The notes under the pieces were generated by a model that saw only the letters and a list, made by a program, of their open reading frames with translations, ran no database searches and was not told the DNA's origin. From assembly GCF_006345805.1 (NCBI RefSeq), contig NW_021832144.1, positions 1 through 61,337 on the forward strand: a stretch of 61,337 nt of DNA. Direction: 5' to 3'. The position numbers and the translations under genes were made by a program. Positions within the stretch are counted from its first letter, which is position 1; every line of letters starts with the position of its first letter. Of this stretch, positions 11,570 to 22,232 are shown piece after piece. This stretch comes from Octopus sinensis. Its lineage: Eukaryota.

Positions 11570-13483
11570 CAGTTTACCCTCTATTGCTCGCCAATTCTAT
11601 TGCTCGCCATTTCTATAACTCGCCACTTTTTTGGAAAAAATGCCATTTTTACTAAGGAAATTCCATTGCTCGCCAAATTCTCTCACTCGCCACGTTCTAG
11701 TATTAAAAAATTAAAATTTATTATTAAAAAATAATTTTTTCAAATATTTATACCGCGTGTTTTTTTTGTAACATGAGGAAGTGCTCAAGATTATCTTATG
11801 ATCAAAAAAGAGAAATTATAAATTATCTTATTGATAATTCTTCTCTAAGTCTAAGGCACGCCTTAGAGAAATTTTTTCGTCGCGTTTCAAAAAATCAATT
11901 TCGAGACATGCAATTAACGATCTTAAATTGAACAAACAGAAGATTCTTGGAATTAATCCAATTTATGGGAGAAGTTCTCGTTTTTCGAAACTTAGATATT
12001 CAGCAATTGATTCTGAAATCATTGCCTGGATAGATTACATGGAATCTATTGGAGTTTGCCTCAATGATGAGATAATTTTGTCGAAAGCAACTGAAATTGC
12101 TGCGTTAAACGGTCTCTTCGAATTTAAAGCCAGTATAGGATGGCTTGAAAAGTTCAAAAAAAGGCACAATGTAAAACTAAGAATTTTTCATGGTGAATTG
12201 GGATATACTGTGGATGAGTTCAAAGACCAAATCGAAGACTTTAAAAAAATTATCTCTTCTAAAATAAATGAATATGGTTCAGAAAATGTTTATAATGCCG
12301 ACGAAACCGGCGTATTTTACAAGACCATTCCATCAAAAAGTGTCTGCAGGAAACGCCGATCAGGACAAAAATTACTTAAAGATAGGTTTAACATTTTAGC
12401 CAATTTTCAGATTTTCATTAATGCTTTGCGCAAATATGACTGGATCCGATAAAAGAACCCCTTTGATGATCGGGCAGTTTAAGAAACCAAGGTGTTTTAA
12501 AAACTTGAACGTTGATGAATATTTACAATACCGGAATTCTTCAAAGGCTTGGATGAACATGGAAATATTTAACGAATGGTTGTATAATTGGAACAAGACT
12601 CTCAAACAAAAACAAAAAAAGATACTTTTGGTTGTAGACCATTGTCCTTCGCATAGAACAACAATCGAATTAAGTATGATAGAGTTTTATATTTACCAAA
12701 AAACACGACTACTGTGGATCAAGGAATCATTTGATCATTCAAATCTCATTTCAACAAATTTAAATTTAAACATATAATTGAACAAATAAACTACGGTGAC
12801 GCAACTATTGAATGCTATAAAAAATTAACCCTGAAAGATGCAGTCTTATTTCTTATCTAGCCTGGAAAGATGTGTCAGTGGATACAATATCAAAATGTTT
12901 TCAGCACGCCAAATGGGAAAACAGAATTGAAGAACCTATTATGGGAGACCATAAAATAAAAAATTTCGAACAAATTATAGAAAAATTAATGATCACAGAT
13001 CCCATAAAAGAGGAGGAGTTTATAGATTTTACGTACTCTGAAAATGACGAACTTCATGAATTTGTTCAAAACAATAACTATGAAAATAACGATGAAAATG
13101 CAATTTTAGACAGTTCAATTACTGAAGATTGTGAAAGAAACAACTGTATTACACATCGAGATGCGATAAAATGTATTTCGGACCTCAAAAATATTTTTCA
13201 CATGACGATAATTTTGATGTGAATATGCTAGAAAGTTTATTAAAAATGCAAAAAAATATAGAGAAAAGATCATACAAAAAAACTATAAATGATTACTTTA
13301 CTTAAAATTTTGGTTTTTAAATAAATGTTTCGGCTATTTATTTAAATGTTTAGATAGTTAAAAATTATAGAAATTTTTTGTTAATAGAAAATAGGATATT
13401 GATTATTTCTCTTACTCGCCAAATTCTCTTAGTCGCCAATTTTGGCTTGGTCCCAAAAATGGCGAGCAATAGAGGGAAGACTG
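11570..13483 (+). mobile_element. Tigger/pogo DNA transposon, defective transposase (11773-13305)
   Basis: 24-bp TIRs CAGT(TTA/CTT)CCCTCTATTGCTCGCCA, TA on both sides, subterminal CTCGCCA repeats; CENP-B-type HTH (FKASIGWLEKFKKRH), YNADETG, VVDHCPSH, DQGII; frameshifts. Confidence 0.92.
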
Positions 13484-13795
13484 TATTTGTACGGCTTCAG
13501 AGACATCATCCCAAAGCATTTTTTGTACAACTATTGCAAATTATCATAAATGCGTTAATCTGCGTTTCACACTCCAGAGTCTCGAGAGACAGTCGGTATG
13601 TAAAATTGATTCTTTGATAAAAACACATGCGAAAACACTTTAATTATGGTTTCTGGTGAATGATTATGAACAAAGAGGAAAATTATACGAAATGCAAAAA
13701 ATTTTAAAAAATTAACAAACTAATCATTCCCAAAAATCACCGATTACATGATTAAAATCTCTATATAATTTTTGTAATTATACTTTGTGATTAAA

Positions 13796-13806
13796 GGACT
13801 GTGACA
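13796..13806 (-). mobile_element. Isolated Ginger-type terminus (reverse complement TGTCACAGTCC)
   Basis: 11/11 match to the first 11 nt of the left TIR at 8904; followed by TAATA (13807-13811). Also present in the inverted copy at 21907-21917. Confidence 0.6.
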
Positions 13807-14333
13807 TAATATTATTGGAAATTGTCACAAATTGAAAATTTGACAATTAAATAGGTAAGTGTCAAGAAAAGAAAAACGTACAATGCAAACCAGGCAGTAG
13901 GAAAAAATGGCTCAAACTTGTCACTCCGTCAGTTTAAAGCAATCTTTATTCAGTTGTACAAAAAACGAAATAGGAGACTTGTGTGTTCAATTAGAAAGAG
14001 ACTAATAGCGTTGAGACTATAAAAGCCCATTGTGGAAAATCAAATCAGAAAGAACTTAGCCATTGAGGAGGCTTCCAATTTTCCCGGAAAAGGCGTTCTG
14101 CGTCCCTCAATGTTGCATAAGGATCTCTTGATTTGTGAGAAATAACATCGTTATTAGGAGGAGTATTCTCAGATGTCACTTTGAGAAATTGTGAAACGGG
14201 CTGCTTAATATTGCACAGTCTACACAGTGATCGACCCCTCTTCCCCACATGGAGGGTTGTTGTGTGAGTTCGTTAGACGTATTGTGTGGATAAATCAATA
14301 GTCATTTAAATGACATGACTTGTACACACACAA

Positions 14334-15540
14334 ATGACCTCTAATGACAAATACCAACAATTCAAGTCTCGGAATCTCTGGTCCGAGAATGTAAAGAAGA
14401 ATTCATTTTTGGACAGAGAATTGGACTGTACAAGTTCATTAAGAATATTGGAAAGGGAAACTTTTCGAAAGTGAAACTGGCACAGCACGCGCTCACCAAC
14501 AGTAAGTCCCCCGACAACACGTAGGCCCCGTGGCCGTGAAAATAATATTAAAACGAAAACAAAAAGAGGAAGAATTGGAGTTTTTGAGGAAGGAAATCCA
14601 GATTTTGGAGGACCTGAGTCACCCGAACATTTTGAGTCTATTTGAAGTAACGTGAGTGCTCTCCGTAGGTAATCGAGACGACGGATAAACTGCACATGAT
14701 AATGGAATATGCCCCGAACGGAGACCTGGACGGACTAATCAGGAGGTCGGGGGGTTTGGGGGAGGGTGGATGTTTGGCCTACTTCCGACAAGTAGTGGGC
14801 GCAGTGGAGTATGTGGTGAGGACTGTGAAGTAAAATGGCAGCACTCTCGGGAGTATGCTCACAGAGACATCAAAGCAGAAAATATACTTTTCGGAGACAA
14901 TGTCCTCAAACTGGCCGACTTTGGGTTTGCCACTAAATACAGCTCGGACTGTCTCCTCACTGTCCCCTGCGGCACTCTCGCTTATTCCGCCCCCGAGTTG
15001 GTCATGAAACTACCATATGACGGATTCAAAGTTGATGTGTGGGCGTTGGGAGTGCTCCTCTACTATATGATTAGTGGGACCTTCATCTTCCCCGAGGACA
15101 CTGCAATTGTCAGAGCGGCCTCCCTACACATTCACTCCAAAATCTCTGACACGTGCAAACAAGTCCTCTCCGCACTCCTTCAACCCGACCCACACACCAG
15201 ACCGGAGGTCGATCGAATATGCCAGTTTGAGTGGATAGAATGGCAGACTCCTCGCCATTCCCATCAGAAAAAGTTACTTTATCCTGCCTTCGACCGTCCT
15301 TCAGTCACAGAGACAGAACTCCGGGCCAAAGACATGCTCAACGACCTGGGAATTGACAATGAGGTCATTTTTAGGAATAAAATGAACACTCGCGGATCGG
15401 TCGCAGGCACTTTCCGCATTTTGCTTCACAATTTAAAGAATAGGCCCAACAGGAAACCGTCCATCAAATTTATTTCCTCTAAAAAATTTAATTTCCGAAA
15501 ACCTTCTAAAAACCGATCTCGTTTTTGCAGCATTATATAA
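14334..15540 (+). CDS. NIM1K: NIM1K-like Ser/Thr kinase (AMPK-related family), copy 1; compensating 1-nt indels in exon 1 relative to copy 2
   Basis: [15 protein letters not shown] and APE motifs; the N-terminus (copy-2 frame) [27 protein letters not shown] resembles NIM1K EITLGKRIGFYR..IGSGNFSQVKL; three introns of 23, 22 and 26 nt. Confidence 0.75.
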
Positions 15541-15588
15541 TATAATTTTATTTGCAATACATTCTTGATTTTAATAGAGGAAAATGTC

Positions 15589-15830
15589 TTAATGTCCTTG
15601 TGTTGATCGCGATCTCTGTCGGTCATTGGAGTCGACGACATAGATGAGTCCCTTAAGTGACGCACGTAGACTACCTGGGACCCCTCGTAGAAATGACTCC
15701 ACAGACTGCAGATGTTGACCTGTCCACCAATGTCGAGGACAGTGAAGGTGATGTTCTTGTAATCCACAGTCTCCACGTTGAAGCTTGCCTACCGGAATCA
15801 CTGTGCAAATAGAGGATGTACCGACCAAGA
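15589..15830 (-). pseudogene. ARF-family GTPase fragment
   Basis: [36 protein letters not shown]|[13 protein letters not shown] resembles the ARF1 switch region; no P-loop or NKxD found. Confidence 0.7.
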
Positions 15831-16148
15831 AGAAAATTAATTAATTAATACTTACTTTAAGTTCTTATTCAAAGTTCGTTGATAACAGTCGAATTGTGAA
15901 GTCCATCAGCACTTTTTGGTTATCTCTATCTAAGTAATTTTTTAGCTTTATCATAAAATTCAGTTGAATTAGAAATTGAAATTCGATCACTATTTTTAGT
16001 ATACTAAGTTGTTATCTATTGGATGAAAAACTCTTTTAAATCGTTAAAAGGAATAAATATATGTAAGTTTATTTCATGTAAGCCAAAATACAAAATTTTA
16101 GAACACTAACTTATTTCAAAAAGTCAAATAATTAATGACAGTCTATAG

Positions 16149-18841
16149 CAGAGGTTTCCAAGCTTTTTTTTACGCGCCTCCCTTAGAGAAAAAGTACAAT
16201 CTTGCGCCTCCCTTTATATTCCATAATATAATACAATTATTATTTTATCAAAAACAATTTTTTAAAACAAAAAGTGGTACTTTTGTCGAAGTGGTCGCAG
16301 TTTTTTTAGAAGATAATTAAAATTAATTAATTTTTTTAGTGAAAAATAGATTATTTAATTTATAACCCTCTATCAATAATTTAAATGGTTATTAAAATTA
16401 TTTAAAAATTTATTTAACCAATTTAGTCATTTTTAGTACGCGGCATCCAAATTCCAGGACTGTAGAAGGAATTTATGTCTTTTACAATCTGTGCAAAAGA
16501 TTCCTTATAGTTCTGTATTTGTTTTCGCCACATAAATTCTGAAAAAATAACTAACTAAAAAAACCTGCGAAATAAGATCCCAGATGATGTCTTACAGCTC
16601 CTCTTTGAGCTTTATTCTTGCATTTTGCACTTCCCCACATTCGTTCTACTGTCTGGGTGTGCACTCCCGTCGTTGGATCCAAAAAAAAAAAAATGCACTG
16701 CATCCTCCTTACTTATTGGGAGCTGTCGGAATTTGATGTTGCATAAGTCCACAACAGAATTTTCCATGTGACCTATAGTGCCAGTTTATATCAATATTAG
16801 GTACATGCTCGCCATAATATTAAAAAAATTAGAAAATAAATTAGTAAAAAATTTAATAATATTTTAAATTATTGATAGAGCGACTTAAATAAAATATAAT
16901 ATATTCCACCTCAAAAATTATTAGATTTTTTAAAAGGCCTAAAAAAACTGCGACCACTTCGACAAAAGTACCCAAAAAGTTAATGAGATAATTTTTCAAC
17001 CAAAAAGAAATTAGCGGTTCTCTCTCAAATTTTTGTTTCAATAATGTATCGCATGACAATTCTATCAATTTTTCTTTTTCAAAAGTTGTCAATGCAAATT
17101 GATTATCTTCTTCATCAATAAATGGATTCTGTATCCATTCGAACATTTTACAGTCGAGATCTTTAAAATAGTGAGCAAAATGCTTCAACAAACAATCCAA
17201 ATGTTCAGCAAATATGTCTTTGTTTGCTTCAATGTTCACTATGGCGCAAAAGGTGTTTAAAAGTGGAAACATGTCATAGATATTTTTTTGTATATTTGAT
17301 TTCCATAATACCAATTTTTCATAAATGCTTTTATTTTGTCCTTTTGAGAGAATAAATGTAGTTGTGGTCCCTGCATTGATTTATTCAATATACTCAATTT
17401 CCCAAAAATGTCAACTAAATAGGCAAATTTGACAATAAAGTCATCATCCTGAACAACTTTGCATCTTCAATATCATTTTCATCAAGAAAATCTGCAACTT
17501 TGATTTTGAGTTCAAACACCCTTCTAATCACTTTTGCACGAGATAGCCAGCGTACCTCACAATAGTATAAAAGCGATGTATATTTTGAATCCATATCTTC
17601 ACACAGCTTTGCAAAAAGCTTAGCTCTTAAAGGACTGTGTTTTATGTAGTTTATAACTTTTGTAATTTGCGCAAAAATATCGTTCAGTTCTGGACTCATA
17701 TTCTTTGAGACAAGTGCTGATCTGTGCAGCATGCAGTGCGTCCAGATAATTTCTGGTGCTCTGTTTTTTACAAGAGCTTGAAGACCAGATTTATTTCCTG
17801 ACATTGACTGTGCTCCGTCTGTACAAAGTCCAACACAATTGATCCATTCTATGTTATTTTTCTTCAAAAAAAGTATCAATTATATTAAAAATTTCATTGG
17901 CCGTGCTCCTTCCAGGAAATGGTTTGCAGAATAATAGATCTTCTATTATTGTACTTTCTTCAGCATATCTGACATATGCAATTAAATGTGCATTTTTATT
18001 TATGTCAGCTCCCTCATCAACTTGTATAGCAAATTTACAGTTACGTAGTCGAGAAACCAACTGATCACAAAGATCTTCAGATATGTCATCAATTCTTCTA
18101 GCGACTGTGTTATCAGCAAGCGGTATTTGCTGTAATTGTTTTGCATAGGATTCGCCAAACATTGCTTCAACCATATCGATAGCTGCTGGCAAAACTAGAG
18201 TTTCTCCGATATTGTGCGGTTTCTTGCATTTTGCAATCCTGTAAGAAACTTTGTACGATGCTAGTAAAGCATTTGAAGAGACAGAAACAAGTTTTTTTTA
18301 ACGATTTCGTTTGGTTATCAAACTCTTCTAATTTTCTTTTAAAAAATTCTTCAGACTTATGGACATGTTCAGAATGCATCGTTTCAAAATGTCTTCTTAA
18401 TTTGCATGGCCTCATACTATCTGCTGCAAGTGTTTTGAGGCAAAGCAAACAGAGGGGTTTTTCCATAGAATCAACAAAGATACGTGTGAATCCTAACAAT
18501 AAGTAAGATGGAAAGTATTTTCTTGTCTTTGGAGTGGTATTGATTATATTCCAATCATTTTGATTTTTTGAACCATCGTCAAAATCTTTATTATTCGTGA
18601 ATTTTCTTTTGCAACCACTCAAGAATTTATTCATGTGTTAAAATATTTAATTGTCTAATAAATTAAATAAATTTTTGAAAAAATATAATTTTAAATTAAT
18701 AACTCTTATTATCGGAATATAGTCACGTTTTTTACATAGATATAATTTTCTAAAAAATGTTTCTGAAATACTTTTCGCGCCTCCCTTGACACGAGTCAAC
18801 GCCTCCCTAGGGAGGCGCGCCTCCCCATTTGGAAACCTCTG
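16149..18841 (-). mobile_element. hAT transposon, Buster/ZBED5-like, frameshifted and 3'-deleted transposase; lies at the duplication junction
   Basis: 13-bp TIRs CAGAGGTTTCCAA / TTGGAAACCTCTG, subterminal GCGCCTCCC repeats; ORFs KPLCLLC..MRPCKLRRHFETMH, FAIQVDE, CTDGAQSM, HCMLHR, CEVRWLSR; flanks GTCTATAG and GCTTAGAG do not match. Confidence 0.9.
16276..16972 (-). mobile_element. Merlin (IS1016/ISXO2-like) deletion derivative nested in the hAT
   Basis: Perfect 34-bp TIRs GGTACTTTTGTCGAAGTGGTCGCAGTTTTTTTAG; 8-bp TSD CAAAAAGT (16268-16275, 16973-16980); residual DPTTGVHTQTVERMWGSAK transposase motif. Confidence 0.88.
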
Positions 18842-19750
18842 GCTTAGAGCATATGTTTCGTAGCCTGACCGATAGGTAGATTTTCGATAAGAGTGCCCAT
18901 CATTTTTCAGAACATCCATCAATTGCTGATAATTGATCAATTTAAAAGCTTTTGACATATTGATTCCGTAAATGTTTTTTTGCATTTTTGAACGCTTGAA
19001 TAATGGAACATCGTTATCTATGGCTCAAAACAATGTCAAAAGTTAAGCTTCCTTCACGAAACTCGCTATGAAAAGCGGATATAAATGGTTTTGTATGATG
19101 CTTTATTCTTTGTAGAGTAATAATTGCTAGCACTTTCCGCATGCTATTCATAAAAATTACTGCCCTGAAATTGGACAAGGGACCAGTATCCCTCCTTTTA
19201 GGAGCATATGGTTGTTTGTTTTAAACTGTGGTTCGCAATGAGTACTTGTATGTTTTCACTTCCATACTTAAGTAGTTCTGGTTCTAGCCAATCTGGTCCT
19301 GGACTTTTATTATTTTTAAGTTTCCCAACTCCAATTTTTTGAGATGGCCAGTAAATGCTGTAATTCCGTTGCTTTCTGATTTACAAAGTTTCTAAAAGTG
19401 GTCGGCAACTAATTCGGCTGCTTCTGCAGAATCTGCTATTCGTGTCCATTTTCGTATTTTACGACTGGATATTGTCTGTGTTAACGTCCTTGTACTATTC
19501 AGATCATCTTCTCGATATTTGTTCTTTTGCAGCTAAGATTCCCTTTGTTCAGTTTGTTATCCGTATTTAATTAAGACATTTATTGACAAAAAAACCAGGA
19601 TAAACGAGTTAATTATAATCCGCGTATCTCCGATTCACTTTGTAAGCGACAGAGATCCTTTTAAAAAAATTCGATCCTGCCCACGGTGATCGGCCTGGGA
19701 AGAAAATTTCACCGGGTCAGAGTTTTAGAAGTGCTTTTTGGTGAGAAGTA
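18842..19750 (-). mobile_element. Duplicated part of the decayed RTE-like relic
   Basis: Near-identical to about 2272-3170. Confidence 0.65.
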
Positions 19751-19898
19751 GATGCCTCCTTTAATCTAATTATATTGAAATTCTGCTTCTTAACAATATC
19801 AAATGAATGTGATGAACTATCAAATCAGATTTATTAAAAGAAAACATCTTTAAAAGATTTTAAGTCTATTCTATATTGGTAGATTATAGAGATAAAAA

Positions 19899-19970
19899 GC
19901 CCAAGTAGCTCAGTGGGAGAGCGTTAGACTGAAGATCTAAAGGTCGTTGGTTCAATTCCGACCTTGGGCA
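19899..19970 (+). tRNA. tRNA-Phe(GAA), duplicate
   Basis: Identical to 3319-3390. Confidence 0.95.
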
Positions 19971-20039
19971 TAATATTCGTTTTCTTGATTTTTATTTGTT
20001 TTTTAATTTTTTTAGACTAAAAATCATTTAAAAGTAAAA

Positions 20040-20272
20040 AGATAGCTAAGCTAATTAAAGGCCTCACGAGACACCCGGCCAGCCTCGCGAATGGCGAAGC
20101 CGTTCCCTCGGATCACAGCGATCGACAGACGTTCCAGGAGCCAAGAATACTCTCTTGGATCGTGGCTAGTCTTTGAAATCCGTCGACCGAGCGAGCGAAG
20201 GAAGCGGAGTGTCTTGGGGCCGAAGATCCCGGAGGACTCCACGGCAATTGGAGTAAAGAACAGCGAGTTGGA
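20040..20272 (-). mobile_element. CRE-like 3' fragment, duplicate
   Basis: Copy of 3460-3680 that retains 12 nt (GATCCCGGAGGA) missing from copy 1. Confidence 0.8.
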
Positions 20273-21168
20273 GTTTAGTTTTTTATAGCAGTGACAATAA
20301 ATAAACATTTAGAAATTTTATTATCTATTTTATCTAACAAACGAGATCAATTCTATTTGGACTAATGAGGGAACATTCTTAGGATCTATTTTGAATGGCG
20401 CTGCAAACATTTTCATTAATTGCAAAATTTCATCAAAATTCTTAAAATGAATAAATTTTGAACGTTTTTTAAGTTTAACAATAAGGGACTGATAATCTTA
20501 GTATATTTTTAAAATGAATCGTTGACTTTATTTTTGCTCAGATAATTAAAATGAATCGTATCTTTGAACATTATTTGATCTCTCCAAAGTTTTAATTTTG
20601 CTACAAAAGAAGCAATAGATCCACAAATTTAATGGGGAAATTTATATTTCCCCTGTAATTCACAATTTAACAAGGATAAATGAGAATTTAGATCTACATT
20701 TAATAAGGTTTCATATTGATAGCAAAAAAGTGTCTAATTTTATAAGGAGTTAATAACTTATGCCTATTTTTCACTAGTTTAAATATTAAGGACTGATTTT
20801 TAAGTGACGTCTTTAATATATTGAGTTTTTTTTTCTCGACTTTCAAAGATATAAATATATAAATCTGAGTGCTTCTTATAATGACATTCAATAGTAAAAT
20901 TTTTCAATAAATTAATGATAAAGCTGCTCCTTTACCATACTTTCAACGAAACGAAAAAAACTTTTCTTCCCATTCTATTTGATATTCTCTATTTTCTTGA
21001 GACAATGTTCGATATTTCTTTGTTGGCCTAAAATTATCTACAAACACGTGTAGTTAAAATATTTAATTTGATATTCAAAATTTATTTAAAAGTTTGGAAA
21101 TCGTCCGCAAAAAAGACTCTCGGGGCCGCACTATCCAATGAAATATATTAATCCAGAAATCTTATAAT

Positions 21169-21234
21169 CACCCAATGAAAGAAATCCAATGAAACCCAAG
21201 AAATCCAATGAAATATATTAATCCAGAAATCAAG
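21169..21234. other. Templated filler DNA at a rearrangement junction
   Basis: Mosaic of repeated local CCAATGAAA / ATCCAATGAAATATATTAATCCAGAAAT pieces between the forward block and the inverted block. Confidence 0.8.
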
Positions 21235-21380
21235 CAGTTTCACTTTCGAAAAGTTCCCTTTCCAATATTCTTAATGAACTTGTACAGTCCAATTCTCTGT
21301 CCAAAAATGAATTCTTTCTTTACATTCTCGGACCAGAGATTCCGAGACTTGAATTGTTGGTATTTGTCATTAGAGGTCAT
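21235..21380 (-). pseudogene. Inverted, truncated NIM1K exon-1 stub
   Basis: Reverse complement of 14334-14479; breaks just after the G-loop. Confidence 0.85.
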
Positions 21381-22232
21381 TTGTGTGTGTACAAGTCATG
21401 TCATTTAAATGACTATTGATTTATCCACACAATACGTCTAACGAACTCACAAACAACCCTCCATGTGGGGAAGAGGGGTCGATCACTGTGTAGACTGTGC
21501 AATATTAAGCAGCCCGTTTCACAATTTCTCAAAGTGACATCTGAGAATACTACCTCCTCCTAATAACGATGTTATTTCTCACAATCAAGAGATCCTTATG
21601 CAACATTGAGGGACGCAGAACGCCTTTTCCGGGAAAATTGGAAGCCTCCTCAATGGCTAAGTTCTTTCTGATTTGATTTTCCACAATGGGCTTTTATAGT
21701 CTCAACGCTATTAGTCTCTTTCTAATTGAACACACAAGTCTCCTATTTCGTTTTTGTACAACTGAATAAAGATTGCTTTAAACTGACGGAGTGACAATTT
21801 GAGCCATTTTTTCCTACTGCCTGGTTTGCATTGTACGTTTTTCTTTTCTTGACACTTACCTATTTAATTGTCAAATTTCAATTTGTGACAATTTCCAATA
21901 ATATTATGTCACAGTCCTTTAATCACAAAGTATAATTACAAAAATTATATAGAGATTTTAATCATGTAATCGGTGATTTTTGGGAATGATTAGTTTGTTA
22001 ATTTTTTAAAATTTTTTGCATTTCGTATAATTTTCCTCTTTGTTCATAATCTTCATTCACCAGAAACCATAATTAAAGTGTTTTCGCATGTGTTTTTATC
22101 AAAGAATCAATTTTACATACCGACTGTCTCTCGAGACTCTGGAGTGTGAAACGCAGATTAACGCATTTATGATAATTTGCAATAGTTGTACAAAAAATGC
22201 TTTGGGATGATGTCTCTGAAGCCGTACAAATA

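Noticed and set aside
14045-14695. Minus-strand ORFs upstream of and over NIM1K (also 26337-26994)
   Set aside because: Antisense or alternative-frame by-products; their recurrence is explained by the duplication.
15426-15776. 116-aa ARF-like ORF overlapping the kinase 3' end
   Set aside because: It reads through an intron-like segment into unrelated sequence; only the first ~36 aa are ARF-like.
16681-16693. A-run as a retrotransposon tail
   Set aside because: It lies inside the Merlin transposase remnant, with no TSD.
18842-20783. Numerous 1-2-nt indels versus copy 1 as evolutionary divergence
   Set aside because: Mostly in or next to homopolymers and short repeats, consistent with long-read consensus error; not used for dating.
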